DNA from: Monocercomonoides exilis PA203 | Taxonomy: Eukaryota > Protista > Preaxostyla | Length of the DNA: 64,000 nucleotides | Direction: 5' to 3' | Assembly (NCBI GenBank): GCA_001643675.2 | Contig: LSRY02000011.1 | Location: 1,550,001-1,614,000 of the forward strand | Shown: positions 53,801 through 62,809 of the stretch, in pieces | How the letters are laid out: each line of letters opens with the position of its first letter | Numbering within the stretch: the stretch's first letter is position 1 | Program-made: the position numbers and the translations under genes | Notes under the pieces: model-generated | What the model was told of the DNA's origin: nothing | The model's database searches: none | Seen by the model: only the letters and a program-made list of their open reading frames with translations

Positions 53801-54701
53801 GTCCGCTACACGTGCAGAAATCGGTTTCATTCCAATGAGCGATCTTTTGTTTCAAAAGAATTTAAAGGAAAGCATCAAAGAAAAAGATGATAAATCCAAA
53901 AACATGAAATGTTTCATAACACAAAATATATGTTTAAAAATTACGATCAATTTAAATAGAAATAAGATTAAAGAGAAATTGGTTATATTTTATTAAAAGT
54001 TATGAGCAGACTTGTTTATGGTCAAAAAAAGAAGGATAAGAAATTCCAATGAAGGTTCTGAGCCTTCAAAAAAGTTTTCATTCAGGATATCTTTTGTCAT
54101 TAAAGTATAAACAAATTCTCGAACATCAGAAGCTGGAATGTTATTTTCTGATGCGAGACATAAAAAACGAAGAGCAATTATGCATTGTTCATAAGTAACG
54201 TGGTAAATGTTGCGGTCAACTTCTATAATTTTAGAATCTCTTCCATCAAAACAAAGTCTCGATGATGATTGCGTTTGTTTTCTTTCAAGAAGATAGTTAA
54301 TTATCAAAGTGAAACCCAAATTAGAAATAAACAAAATCAATTGACTATTTTCCTGAGTTATAAAGTCATAATTCTGAAAAAATAAAAGCATAAGCGTTTT
54401 CTTTATTTTAAGGTACTTATCCGTGGTTGAGAAAAGTATTTGTAGAGCATGAATAGTGAGAAATTTTTGTGCTCCCACTAATACTGATTTATTTAGAATT
54501 TCGGTAAGATGATGAATAAGATCAATTAACTTTGCACCTATTTCATTAGAATATCTTGTTAATAACGCTACATATATAAAAAATTTTCGGTAATAATATT
54601 ATTGAAAGCGTAAAGAATAATTTTTGCGCACCATCAAATTGTTTCACCAAAATCTTGTAAGCTGATCTTTTAGTTTCCTCATTCCTTGAGGAATCAAACA
54701 T
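8532..54701 (-). CDS. HUWE1: Giant HUWE1/Tom1/UPL1-class HECT E3 ubiquitin ligase. Proposed exons 54701-54632, 54567-54012, 53843-42871 and 42709-8532 (45,777 nt, ~15,258 aa); the true start may lie further upstream
   Basis: C-terminal HECT domain ([81 protein letters not shown], ending EGSEGFGFI*). Also a UBA, a UIM and UBM-like repeats, in the order seen in HUWE1/Tom1. The N-terminal YKILVKQFDALL resembles the family's N-terminal ...LxxFDxxL helix. All three introns are GT-AG and keep the frame. Confidence 0.8.
8535..9610 (-). other. HECT catalytic domain; catalytic Cys codon at 8636-8634
   Basis: RQPLRVRRSSCFEDAF through [18 protein letters not shown] to GFGFI; a canonical, uninflated domain of about 350 aa. 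Confidence 0.97.
24250..24500 (-). other. Tandem UBM-like (DUF4414-type) ubiquitin-binding motifs
   Basis: ISPSFLAALPIELQQEVLAQ followed by EIDNLVLLLSTLPMGARQDAMAQLPEDRIQLLPEHLQAEVYRVRER. This matches the (D/S)PxFLxALPxxLxxEVL pattern of HUWE1/Tom1/UPL1. Confidence 0.85.
38125..38183 (-). other. Ubiquitin-interacting motif (UIM)
   Basis: EDMSDEDALLLALQMSTEDQ fits the acidic-LxxAxxxS UIM consensus and lies just C-terminal of the UBA, as in HUWE1. Confidence 0.85.
38703..38829 (-). other. UBA domain
   Basis: PMDIIVETLMEMGTTHARAIQACVELGSELTLDNATAWLFDH has the LxxMG(F)...A..A...A..WL UBA pattern. Confidence 0.85.
42710..42870 (-). other. Spliceosomal intron (161 nt, phase 1) joining the 3672-aa and 11373-aa ORFs
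   Basis: Donor aaa c|GTTTGG at 42870, AT/pyrimidine-rich body, acceptor cactcAG|at at 42710. The spliced codon c+at is His, giving KAEKKKH-RSSHDQQDSSSSSESDYLERFQ in frame. Confidence 0.85.
42871..53843 (-). CDS. Large internal exon (10,973 nt) of the giant HECT ligase; N-terminal region, probably ARM-solenoid with low-complexity inserts
   Basis: The 3672-aa ORF has the same composition as the downstream exon (Leu-rich helical blocks separated by S/N/Q/E-rich tracts). Frame-compatible splice sites bound both ends. Confidence 0.85.
50772..50864. repeat. Compound coding microsatellite (GAA)15(GAT)16 encoding poly-Ser on the minus strand
   Basis: Perfect trinucleotide runs read directly from the sequence; they encode a run of more than 30 Ser (a TCA block, then a TCT block). 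Confidence 0.95.
53020..53145. repeat. Imperfect trinucleotide repeats (GAT/GTT/GAG/GAA) encoding an S/T-rich tract
   Basis: Encodes QQSSSSSSTTSTSTSTTTTTTSSSSTTTTSSSSSSSSPPSSSP on the minus strand. Confidence 0.85.
53844..54011 (-). other. Spliceosomal intron (168 nt, phase 2)
   Basis: Donor aac aa|GTCTGC at 54011 and acceptor gaaacaaaAG|a at 53844. Splicing gives LFLTINK-SLIGMKPISARV. The body is AT-rich and contains an in-frame stop. The acceptor is AAG, weaker than YAG. Confidence 0.7.
54568..54631 (-). other. Spliceosomal intron (64 nt, phase 1)
   Basis: Donor gat g|GTGCGC at 54631 and acceptor atatgtAG|cg at 54568. Splicing gives YKILVKQFDA-LLTRYSNEIGAKLIDLIHHL and removes an in-frame TAA. 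Confidence 0.65.
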
Positions 54702-55096
54702 TATTTCAAGTAGTTATATTTAAAACGCAAAATTCAAATACACTTTGAAGAAAACTGGAATTCTTCAAATATTGATTGCACCATAATAAATACTGATTGG
54801 TCTTGTTATTAAAACAATACTCATCATCCGATATGTGATATAAAATGTTCTTGTTTGTTTTCAAGTTATTACTATTAAAGATATATTACTATGGCTTCAT
54901 CTGTGGGTTTTTCAATAAAATAAAAAACAAAGATAATTTTTTTTCGTTGAGCAATTTTTCCACTCAATGATGATTTTCATACCTTATTTATTCATAAAAA
55001 TATAAATAACAATTTGTGAAAACAAAAGTCAAAAACAAATGAAAAAGAATAGGAATAGTTTGGGTATGATCAATTTTTAGTTTTGAAAGCTTCTCG

Positions 55097-58000
55097 ATGA
55101 TTGACTTTGTGTATTTATTGCTAATAATGAATACTTTTACCAATGAGACGTGCATTGGCTCTTTGGAAAATATTCAATATTGTTCAAAGCAAATCAATAA
55201 GTATTCTGAAGAAAATGTGATTTTTGTCTCTTCTGAAGGAAATGACATGATACAAAATTGTGGAACGGAAGCTCAACCATGTAAAACAATTGAAAAGGGA
55301 ATTGACAGATTGGGAAATGGAGGAGATAAAAAATTTTTGAAAATTGTTGATAGCGCTATTTTGCCTTTTGGATTATCATTGATTAAAGATTACATTTTAA
55401 CTATGAGTTCTGCATCAAAACAAGGAAATTACAGGACACTTCGGGTTGATTTGCATGAGCTTTCAATCAAAGGGCAAAACCATCTTTTAAATGAGAAAAC
55501 TTTAAAGCTTGAGCATCTTGAATTTTGTCTATTCACGAGTTCTAAGCAACCATTTGAATTAAGGAATGATGTCCGCTCATCAGTTGTATTGGCGAAAGGA
55601 GCACAAAGCGATCTTGCTTTATTGCATTGTAAAGTACAGGTTGAAAAACAGAATGAAGATAACTCAAATTTTTCTATATTAACGGTATTAGAAGGAAAAT
55701 TTTCACTTGATGATTTTGTTTTTCGTTGTGCGTCAGGTTGTTACTATAGTAGTGTACCAATATTGTTTATCAATCCGGATGTTAACTTGGGAAATTTGCG
55801 AAGATTAGATCTTAATGATATGTATGCAACAAAAGATTGTTTACTGAAACTTCCTCTCACGTTTTCAATCATGGAAAGCCACTTTTATTCTTTGAAGCGA
55901 GATGGTGGACCTGTGATACTTGAAACAATTGGAGATGAAACAGCAAAGTTAATTGTAATGTTGTCAAGATTGTATATCTCTTTTGTCCAATCTGATGATT
56001 CTGAAAGCGGAGGCGCACTTCTGTTTTCATCTTTACACTCTGAAAGTGAATTGAACATTCTTGACTCATTCATAACAAATTGCGGTGCACAAAGAGGAGG
56101 CGGCGCAATGATTGGAGCGATGAAAGGAACGATTAACTTGAAGAGTGTTGTGTTTGGATCTTGTCGAGCTTCAAAAGAAGGAGGAGGTTTATATGTTCAT
56201 GATGTTAGCGAAATGGCCAGTTTTGTGTGCAATAATGTGACATTTGATGAGTGTTCAGCACCTGCCGGTGGTTGTGTTTATGCTAATTTAGGAAATAAAG
56301 AACTTAAAGAAGATGGCATTTTATTTAAAAACTGCTTTTTCAAAGAAAATGAATTTTATCCCAGTTGTCTCACCGTTTTTCATGAAGATGTTGTGGTAAT
56401 CAGCAAAACACCTTTTGATGAAGCATCATTTTGCTGTCAATGTGAAAATCGTGTTGTTGTTGAGAGAAAAAATGGATCTATTGATCATAAAAATGATTGG
56501 CTTCGCGTCGATTCCATAACAGTTAATGCAGATGGAGAAAAAGGAAAAGATGACGAAGGGTGCGGAAAACAAGGAAAAAGTCCTTGTAAATCATTCAAAA
56601 AAGCGATTGAAAGTTGTCTTCCAGGAAGAGAGTTTACTGTTCTTGCAACTGTTGACTTCAATGAGACAGACACTGAGCCAATTTACGTTGAATCAAAGCA
56701 TATCACTATTGAAAATTCGCTTCGTTACTATATTTTTGTAACAATTGCTTTGGATGCAGGAAAAACGCAGGAAGAGGAATCATTTATAAATGTTAAAAGA
56801 AATGGATATTTGAAGTTTTCCAGGGGAGATATTTGGATAAATACTAAAAAAGAGAGTGGCAGATCCCATGGTTTATTTTCAGTTGATGGAGAAGGCTCGT
56901 GCCTTGTGATCTCTGAGGTTACTATTGCGCCAACTGACCCGAAATTATCATTGAACTGTGTTTTGATAAAAATTCAAAATGGGTTGTTCACATTCACTGA
57001 CTCAAGGATCACTGACATGACTTCAACTTATTCATTTTTAAATATCAAAACATCGGAAAAGGTTGAGATTACTTATTCAAAATTTGAATCCCTTAAGACA
57101 ACAAGTACAACTCAGTCTGTTGTAACAATTGAAGAGGGGTGCATTTCAACGATGATCAATCGCTGTGAATTCTATTCGTGTTCCTCGAATCACAAGCTCG
57201 GGGGAGCTATATGTGTGTTCATTGGAGATGCCAAGAGTGTTTGCAATTTTGGTAAAACTTTGTTTCAGGATTGCAGGAATAAAGATATTAATCAAAAAAT
57301 CAATAGAAATTCGAAATCTGAAAGTGCAAAGAAGATGAATGATCAATACAATGATGAAGCATCAAAAGGAGGAGCGCTTTATATTCATGCTAGCGATGAG
57401 ATCATTGAATCTATGGCTTGTTCATTAGCGGGAGTGAAGTTTATTGAATGTGACTCAGATGTTGGAAAGGCGCTATATATATCTCTTTCTGGAGAATTTT
57501 CTCAGATTCAAGCAATTGAGATGTCATTCGAAATGAAAGACATTTATGGGAAAGGAAATGTGGCAATCATTGAAGAAAGAAAGGAAGGCAATGTGGAATA
57601 TGTTGATATTCTTGCCAAAGGGGAGCATCAACTTTTTTATTATTCTGAAGAGCTGTATGTGAGAGATGACAATTCGAATGAAGGAAAAAGTTGCGGAAGA
57701 AAAGAAGATCCATGTGACACCATTTACACAGCCGTTAATCATGGAATAGAACTCGGTGATGTCTCATTGAATGTTTGGGGAAAAGCCAATGTGAACAGAC
57801 CTTTTGCCCCTAAACAGTTTATTACATTATTATCATCAACAGACAGTTCTTCTTCTTCTTCTTCTTCTTCTTCTTCTTCTTTAATTGCGAATGAAAATAG
57901 AGGAATCCTGCAAATAGGAACAAAGATGGAAGAAAAGGTGACGTGTGTATTTGGTTCGCTGCGATATATGATGCAGTTTAATGGAATTGATATTGAATAT

Positions 58001-59119
58001 CCGGATGCTGTTGAAGGATATCCTACCGATTTAATTGTTGGAAGAATAGAACTTAAAATAACGGATATTGTCTTTCGACCATGGAAAACAAATTTAAAAG
58101 GAGACAACGTTTTGGGCGGAGAAGGAAAGCCTTTACCATATAAGCTTATTGTATTTCGCGATGGGCAAGCAAGCATCACGCAAATGGTTGTTATTGGAAG
58201 GAATGAAAACGCAAATGGAGCTTCGTTGATCCCTTATAATATTCACTTGAAGGAAGAGGAGGATGATACTTTATGTGCTTGGGATGATGGACTTATAAGA
58301 TTCGATAAAGCGTATTTAGTGAGTATTGATAGTTGTTCGTTTGTAAACATCAGTGAAGGTGTTATATACTCTTCGTCAATGAAACTAATGTTTGATAATT
58401 GTTCGTTTATTAATAATCATCCTCTTGAAAGTGATTGGAACAAATATCCTTCCTTGCGCCATACAGTCATCATTCATCGCCGCTCTGATTTTGATAATGT
58501 CAAAATAAATTCTTTGACTAAGGAAAGTGATGGGATAGATGGAAAGCCTTTTGGACTGGTGTCAGACAGCGATATTGTAAGTGGAAATGCTATTGAGAAT
58601 ATGAAGTCTGTTTTCTTTACCCCAGTTTTGAAGAATGCTTCAATAAATCAAGTGATTGAAAATGCTGAAGAAAGCGAAAATCCAATTGAAGACAAAAATG
58701 TTGAATTCATAATTCATGGATATAATCTTTTTCCGTGTGGATTAAAATGCGAAGTAACTCAAAAAAGAGCAGGAAAGGAAGAAAGATGGACTGAATGTTC
58801 TGTTTCTGAATATGTTGATGAGAATGAAATGAAAGTCAAAATTCCGCAATCACTGTTAAATTGTAATGACTCAACTTCTTTACTTTTTCATCTTTCGTAT
58901 TCAACGGGGAAAGGTGATGGTAGGCTTAATACTGAAAATTTGATCCTTGTGAAGCAAAAGAAGGAAGAACCAAATAAACTTACAAGTTCTCAAATAGCAA
59001 TTATTATATCAACTACTTGCACGTTTGTTTCCATCTCGGTTGTTGTAGTTGTGGTTGTTGTTTGTTTTATCAGAAAAAAGAAGAGGTCCCAATACAAAGC
59101 CATAAATGACTCTTTATAG
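55097..59119 (+). CDS. Cys-rich, Pmp-like (beta-helix repeat) type I membrane surface protein
   Basis: Hydrophobic N-terminus (MIDFVYLLLIM). Three CG-x4/5-PC-x-(T/S) modules and repeated FxxC...GG(A/G/C) motifs. One C-terminal TM helix (IAIIISTTCTFVSISVVVVVVVVCFI) followed by RKKKR and a short tail. Intronless, ends in TAG. Confidence 0.85.
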   Translation: MIDFVYLLLIMNTFTNETCIGSLENIQYCSKQINKYSEENVIFVSSEGNDMIQNCGTEAQPCKTIEKGIDRLGNGGDKKFLKIVDSAILPFGLSLIKDYILTMSSASKQGNYRTLRVDLHELSIKGQNHLLNEKTLKLEHLEFCLFTSSKQPFELRNDVRSSVVLAKGAQSDLALLHCKVQVEKQNEDNSNFSILTVLEGKFSLDDFVFRCASGCYYSSVPILFINPDVNLGNLRRLDLNDMYATKDCLLKLPLTFSIMESHFYSLKRDGGPVILETIGDETAKLIVMLSRLYISFVQSDDSESGGALLFSSLHSESELNILDSFITNCGAQRGGGAMIGAMKGTINLKSVVFGSCRASKEGGGLYVHDVSEMASFVCNNVTFDECSAPAGGCVYANLGNKELKEDGILFKNCFFKENEFYPSCLTVFHEDVVVISKTPFDEASFCCQCENRVVVERKNGSIDHKNDWLRVDSITVNADGEKGKDDEGCGKQGKSPCKSFKKAIESCLPGREFTVLATVDFNETDTEPIYVESKHITIENSLRYYIFVTIALDAGKTQEEESFINVKRNGYLKFSRGDIWINTKKESGRSHGLFSVDGEGSCLVISEVTIAPTDPKLSLNCVLIKIQNGLFTFTDSRITDMTSTYSFLNIKTSEKVEITYSKFESLKTTSTTQSVVTIEEGCISTMINRCEFYSCSSNHKLGGAICVFIGDAKSVCNFGKTLFQDCRNKDINQKINRNSKSESAKKMNDQYNDEASKGGALYIHASDEIIESMACSLAGVKFIECDSDVGKALYISLSGEFSQIQAIEMSFEMKDIYGKGNVAIIEERKEGNVEYVDILAKGEHQLFYYSEELYVRDDNSNEGKSCGRKEDPCDTIYTAVNHGIELGDVSLNVWGKANVNRPFAPKQFITLLSSTDSSSSSSSSSSSSLIANENRGILQIGTKMEEKVTCVFGSLRYMMQFNGIDIEYPDAVEGYPTDLIVGRIELKITDIVFRPWKTNLKGDNVLGGEGKPLPYKLIVFRDGQASITQMVVIGRNENANGASLIPYNIHLKEEEDDTLCAWDDGLIRFDKAYLVSIDSCSFVNISEGVIYSSSMKLMFDNCSFINNHPLESDWNKYPSLRHTVIIHRRSDFDNVKINSLTKESDGIDGKPFGLVSDSDIVSGNAIENMKSVFFTPVLKNASINQVIENAEESENPIEDKNVEFIIHGYNLFPCGLKCEVTQKRAGKEERWTECSVSEYVDENEMKVKIPQSLLNCNDSTSLLFHLSYSTGKGDGRLNTENLILVKQKKEEPNKLTSSQIAIIISTTCTFVSISVVVVVVVVCFIRKKKRSQYKAINDSL
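57846..57880 (+). repeat. (TCT)n microsatellite encoding poly-Ser inside the surface protein
   Basis: ttcttcttct... run encoding DSSSSSSSSSSSSL. Confidence 0.85.
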
Positions 59120-59161
59120 GTTTTCTTAAATAATTGAAATAGAGTTTGAAATTTATTTTTG

Positions 59162-59188
59162 TTTTTTTTTTTTTTTTTTTTTTTTTTT
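59162..59188 (+). repeat. Poly(T)27 tract about 40 nt downstream of the surface-protein stop
   Basis: Homopolymer read directly from the sequence. Confidence 0.9.
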
Positions 59189-59798
59189 GAAAGAAATTTA
59201 AATATTACTCGTTTTTGGATTTATGATTCCAACATCTGTAGAACCTGCTTTACAAACTTAATTTTTTGAAAATTCTGTCATGTCAAGAGACTGTTTAAAC
59301 CCTATTGCATCGTCATCTTATTATGTTTATTGTGTTTTATTGTGTTTTGCAAGCTTTTGTGATTTCATTTTTTGAGATTCAGAGAAGTTGAGTAACATTC
59401 ATTAATATTCTATGTTTTTGTCGCTTTTTCATCTTAATCTCGTGAGTGTTTGTTATTTGTAAATGGATTTAAAGTTGAATTAATTTGGAATTTTTTAAAA
59501 GAGAACATATTTTTATTCAAGTTCTAATTTTGTTTTTCATTTCTTAATCGGAAATAACAATATGCAAACTTTTGTTTTAAGAATTATGTTTGAGAAATGC
59601 AATAATTCACTTATCTCGACTTTTTAAAAAAAAGAAATATGAAGAAATGAATTTCGATATTTTTGCTGGAATTAAAAATAAAAACTGATAAATAACCTTA
59701 GTGGGTTAAGTAAATATTCAAAGATGTACAATACAAATTCAACTTGAACATCAAAAAACTTTTATGTTCCTTTTTAAAAGTTTGTGTCAATCATGTGT

Positions 59799-62429
59799 TT
59801 AAAGTTTATCAGTGAATGTATCAGGTTTTGGAACATCTTCTGCCAATCCCTTACGCTTTCTGATTGCTCTGACGGTGGTGTAGCATCTGGATCCAACATC
59901 ATAAGCTGTACCTTGGACAAGTTGCCAATGGTCGAACACGCATTGTGGGAAGGCTTGTCCTGAAGTGTGTGAGCGAAGATCTGCTGTGAATCCAAATGAT
60001 TCAGAGACGGGCAGGTAGGCTTTGACCTGCACAAGAGGAGTACCCATTCTTGGTTCTTCAGCTGTGACCTGACCTCTTCTCTTGTTCAAGCATGAGTAGA
60101 TACCACCGACAGCATCTTGTGGAGATGTGATATCAACAAGGAACATTGGTTCAAGAAGAGTTGGTTGTGCATACAATTCAGAGGCATACAAGCATGATCT
60201 GATTGGTTGAACCATCTGAGATGCACCTCTATGAATTGCATCAGTATGAAGAACAACATCAGTAACATTGAAACGGATTCCTCTCATGGTTTCATCGCAC
60301 TGTGGCCCCTTTCTTGTAACCCATGAGAATGCTTGTTCGAATGAATCCTTGACTTCATCCAAATATTGCACAGCTTTTGTTTTATCGACAATCATGTTGG
60401 GTCCTCTTCCATCGGGTCCAAAGCACCAGATCTTTCTTGAGTCAGTTGGATCCCAGTTGTATTTAGAAACGAGATCTTTTCCCATTTCCTTCACATCTTT
60501 CTCTGGTCCGTAGTTTCCTTTCTCAATCTCTTCAACAAGCTCGTCATCCAAAGGTTCAGCTTCCATGAACACTCTGTTGTGCTTGTTTGGTGATTTGGCC
60601 AAGGCGATTGTGCTTGATTTCTCCTGAATTGTTTCGCAGTATTGCACGACGGGATCGCTAATCTTGACTTGGGTTCCACCCATGAAATCGTCCTGAAGAT
60701 CTTTCAAGCAAATTTCAAGATGAAGTTCACCAGCACCAGCAATGACGTGCTCGCCAGAGTCTGATGTTGAAATGACGCACAATGGATCAGATTTTGCCAG
60801 ACGCTTCAGACCTTCAACCAATTTTGGCAAATCGTTCATGTTCTTTGGCTCAACAGCAACACGCACGACTGGAGAGACAGAGAACTTCATGGTAGCAATG
60901 TTGTATGCATCATCAAAATCAGTGATGGTTCCTGATTTTGTCAGATATTGATCAACACCAACAAGGCAGACAGTGTTACCGCAAGGAACATCTTCAACAG
61001 GCTCGAATTTTCTTCCCATGAACAGAACGCATCTTTGGATGTTCTTGATGAACAAATCGTCTTTCTTTCCGTGGATGAAGTTTGGTCCCTGCATTCTAAC
61101 CTTCATTCCTGTTCTAACAGTTCCTGAGAAGACACGTCCGAATGCATAGAAACGTGATTTATCAGCTGGCACCATCTTTGAAACATAGAGCATCAAAGGT
61201 CCATCTGGGTTACAGTCACGAATGGCAATAGCTGCAGCATCGTCCATTGGTCCTGTGTACAAGTTTTCAACTCTGTATTTCTGTGATTGAACTGGAGATG
61301 GCAAGTTCAAGATGATAGTTTCCAGAAGGGCATCAGCTGCTGGCATCCAGTTTTGCATCACAGCCTTCAGCAATTTTCTCTCTGTGAAAGCTTCCTGTTC
61401 TGTTGTCAGATGGATTTTCATTTGAGTCATAACTTTTGTCAATCTTTCCATGTTCTTTGTCATGATGGCATCAAACACTTGGTACAATGGATCCAAGATG
61501 AATTGCACAAATCCACGTTTCAATTTTTTGCCATCAGCATCGGTATCGGTATCTTGCCACTTCTTTGTTTTGGGGTTGAAGAACCAGTCTCCCCAAAGTT
61601 TCTTGACAAGATCAGCTTCTGGTGTCTGGAATTTTGCTGCATAGAATTGAGCAAAACGACGCAATGTGAAACCAAATTGATGAAGACCAGATCCGAACAC
61701 AACAGTTCCGGCAACTGGGTTGGCTTCAACTTCACCAAGTTTATCATCGTGATATGTTGCAATCAACACGTTGATATCTTCAATGTTTCTCTGGAATTTT
61801 TGGTATGCCTCTTCTGGATCTGATTTCAATTCAAGGATCACACGATCGATTTTGTTCATCATAAGAACAGGCACCACACGCTCTGCGAGAGCTTGTCTCA
61901 ACACAGTTTCAGTCTGGACGCACACACCTTCGACTGAATCTACGACAACGACAGCACCATCAGTCACACGAATAGCAGCTGACACTTCACTTGAAAAGTC
62001 AACGTGACCGGGTGAATCAATGATGTTGATAAGGTATCCGTCTCTTTTATCTTTTCCAGGAACCTGGAATTCGTAGTACAAAGAGATACCAGTTGATTTG
62101 ATTGTGATACCTCTTTCCTGTTCATCTTCACGTGTATCCATAATACGTGCATCACCAGCCTGTTGTTGGCCAATAATACCAGCCTTCTCGACCAGAGAAT
62201 CAGTCAATGTTGACTTTCCTGTTTGACATGTTCAATGAATTGAGATCAAAAGCAAATGCAATCACAAATTGCAATTATAATCAAAAAGCATCACAAAATA
62301 AGGTGAGATCAAATCACAAAAATTTAAACAAAACGAACCATGATCGACATGAGCAATAACAGACATGTTTCTGATATTGTGGCGGTTTCCCATGTGTTCT
62401 CTCAATTGAGCGACAGTAAAGTTCACCAT
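59799..62429 (-). CDS. EEF2: Eukaryotic translation elongation factor 2; exons 62429-62339 and 62218-59799, 836 aa
   Basis: Exon 1 [30 protein letters not shown] splices to G-KSTLTDSL, restoring the P-loop. Further motifs: [92 protein letters not shown]. Confidence 0.98.
62219..62338 (-). other. Spliceosomal intron (120 nt, phase 1) within the eEF2 P-loop Gly codon
   Basis: cat g|GTTCGT ... caaacAG|ga aag tca; removing it restores AHVDHGKST exactly. Confidence 0.97.
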
Positions 62430-62809
62430 TTTTGCTGATAGATTTCAAATTATATTTCAAAGAAGAAAAAGGAAGTGAATAAAATCAAATATCCAGCAAA
62501 TCTAAAATGATTCGAGGCGAGTTTTAATATCCTTAAATAAATTTTTCATATAATAATGGGTCGATTGGGTTATGAGAATTTTAAAATCTCTAAAAATGTG
62601 AAAGAGAGAATTGCCGCAAATGTTTTGTTAAATATTTCTGTTATAAGTTGTTATGTATGAGATATTCCTTATTTATTGAGCGTTGTAAAAGAATTTTTTC
62701 CAAACTGTTTACGTTTAATTTGGAATATTTCCTTTGTTTTGAATTGTCAAATTATAATTTTTCAATCGGTTATTTTTCTGAGAAAAAGAAATAACTTTTT
62801 GTTTTGCAG

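Noticed and set aside
62219-62338. Intronic box C/D snoRNA in the eEF2 intron (repeated TTGTGAT, small TGCAAT/ATTGCA hairpin)
   Set aside because: No intact box C (RTGATGA) and no CTGA box D were seen.
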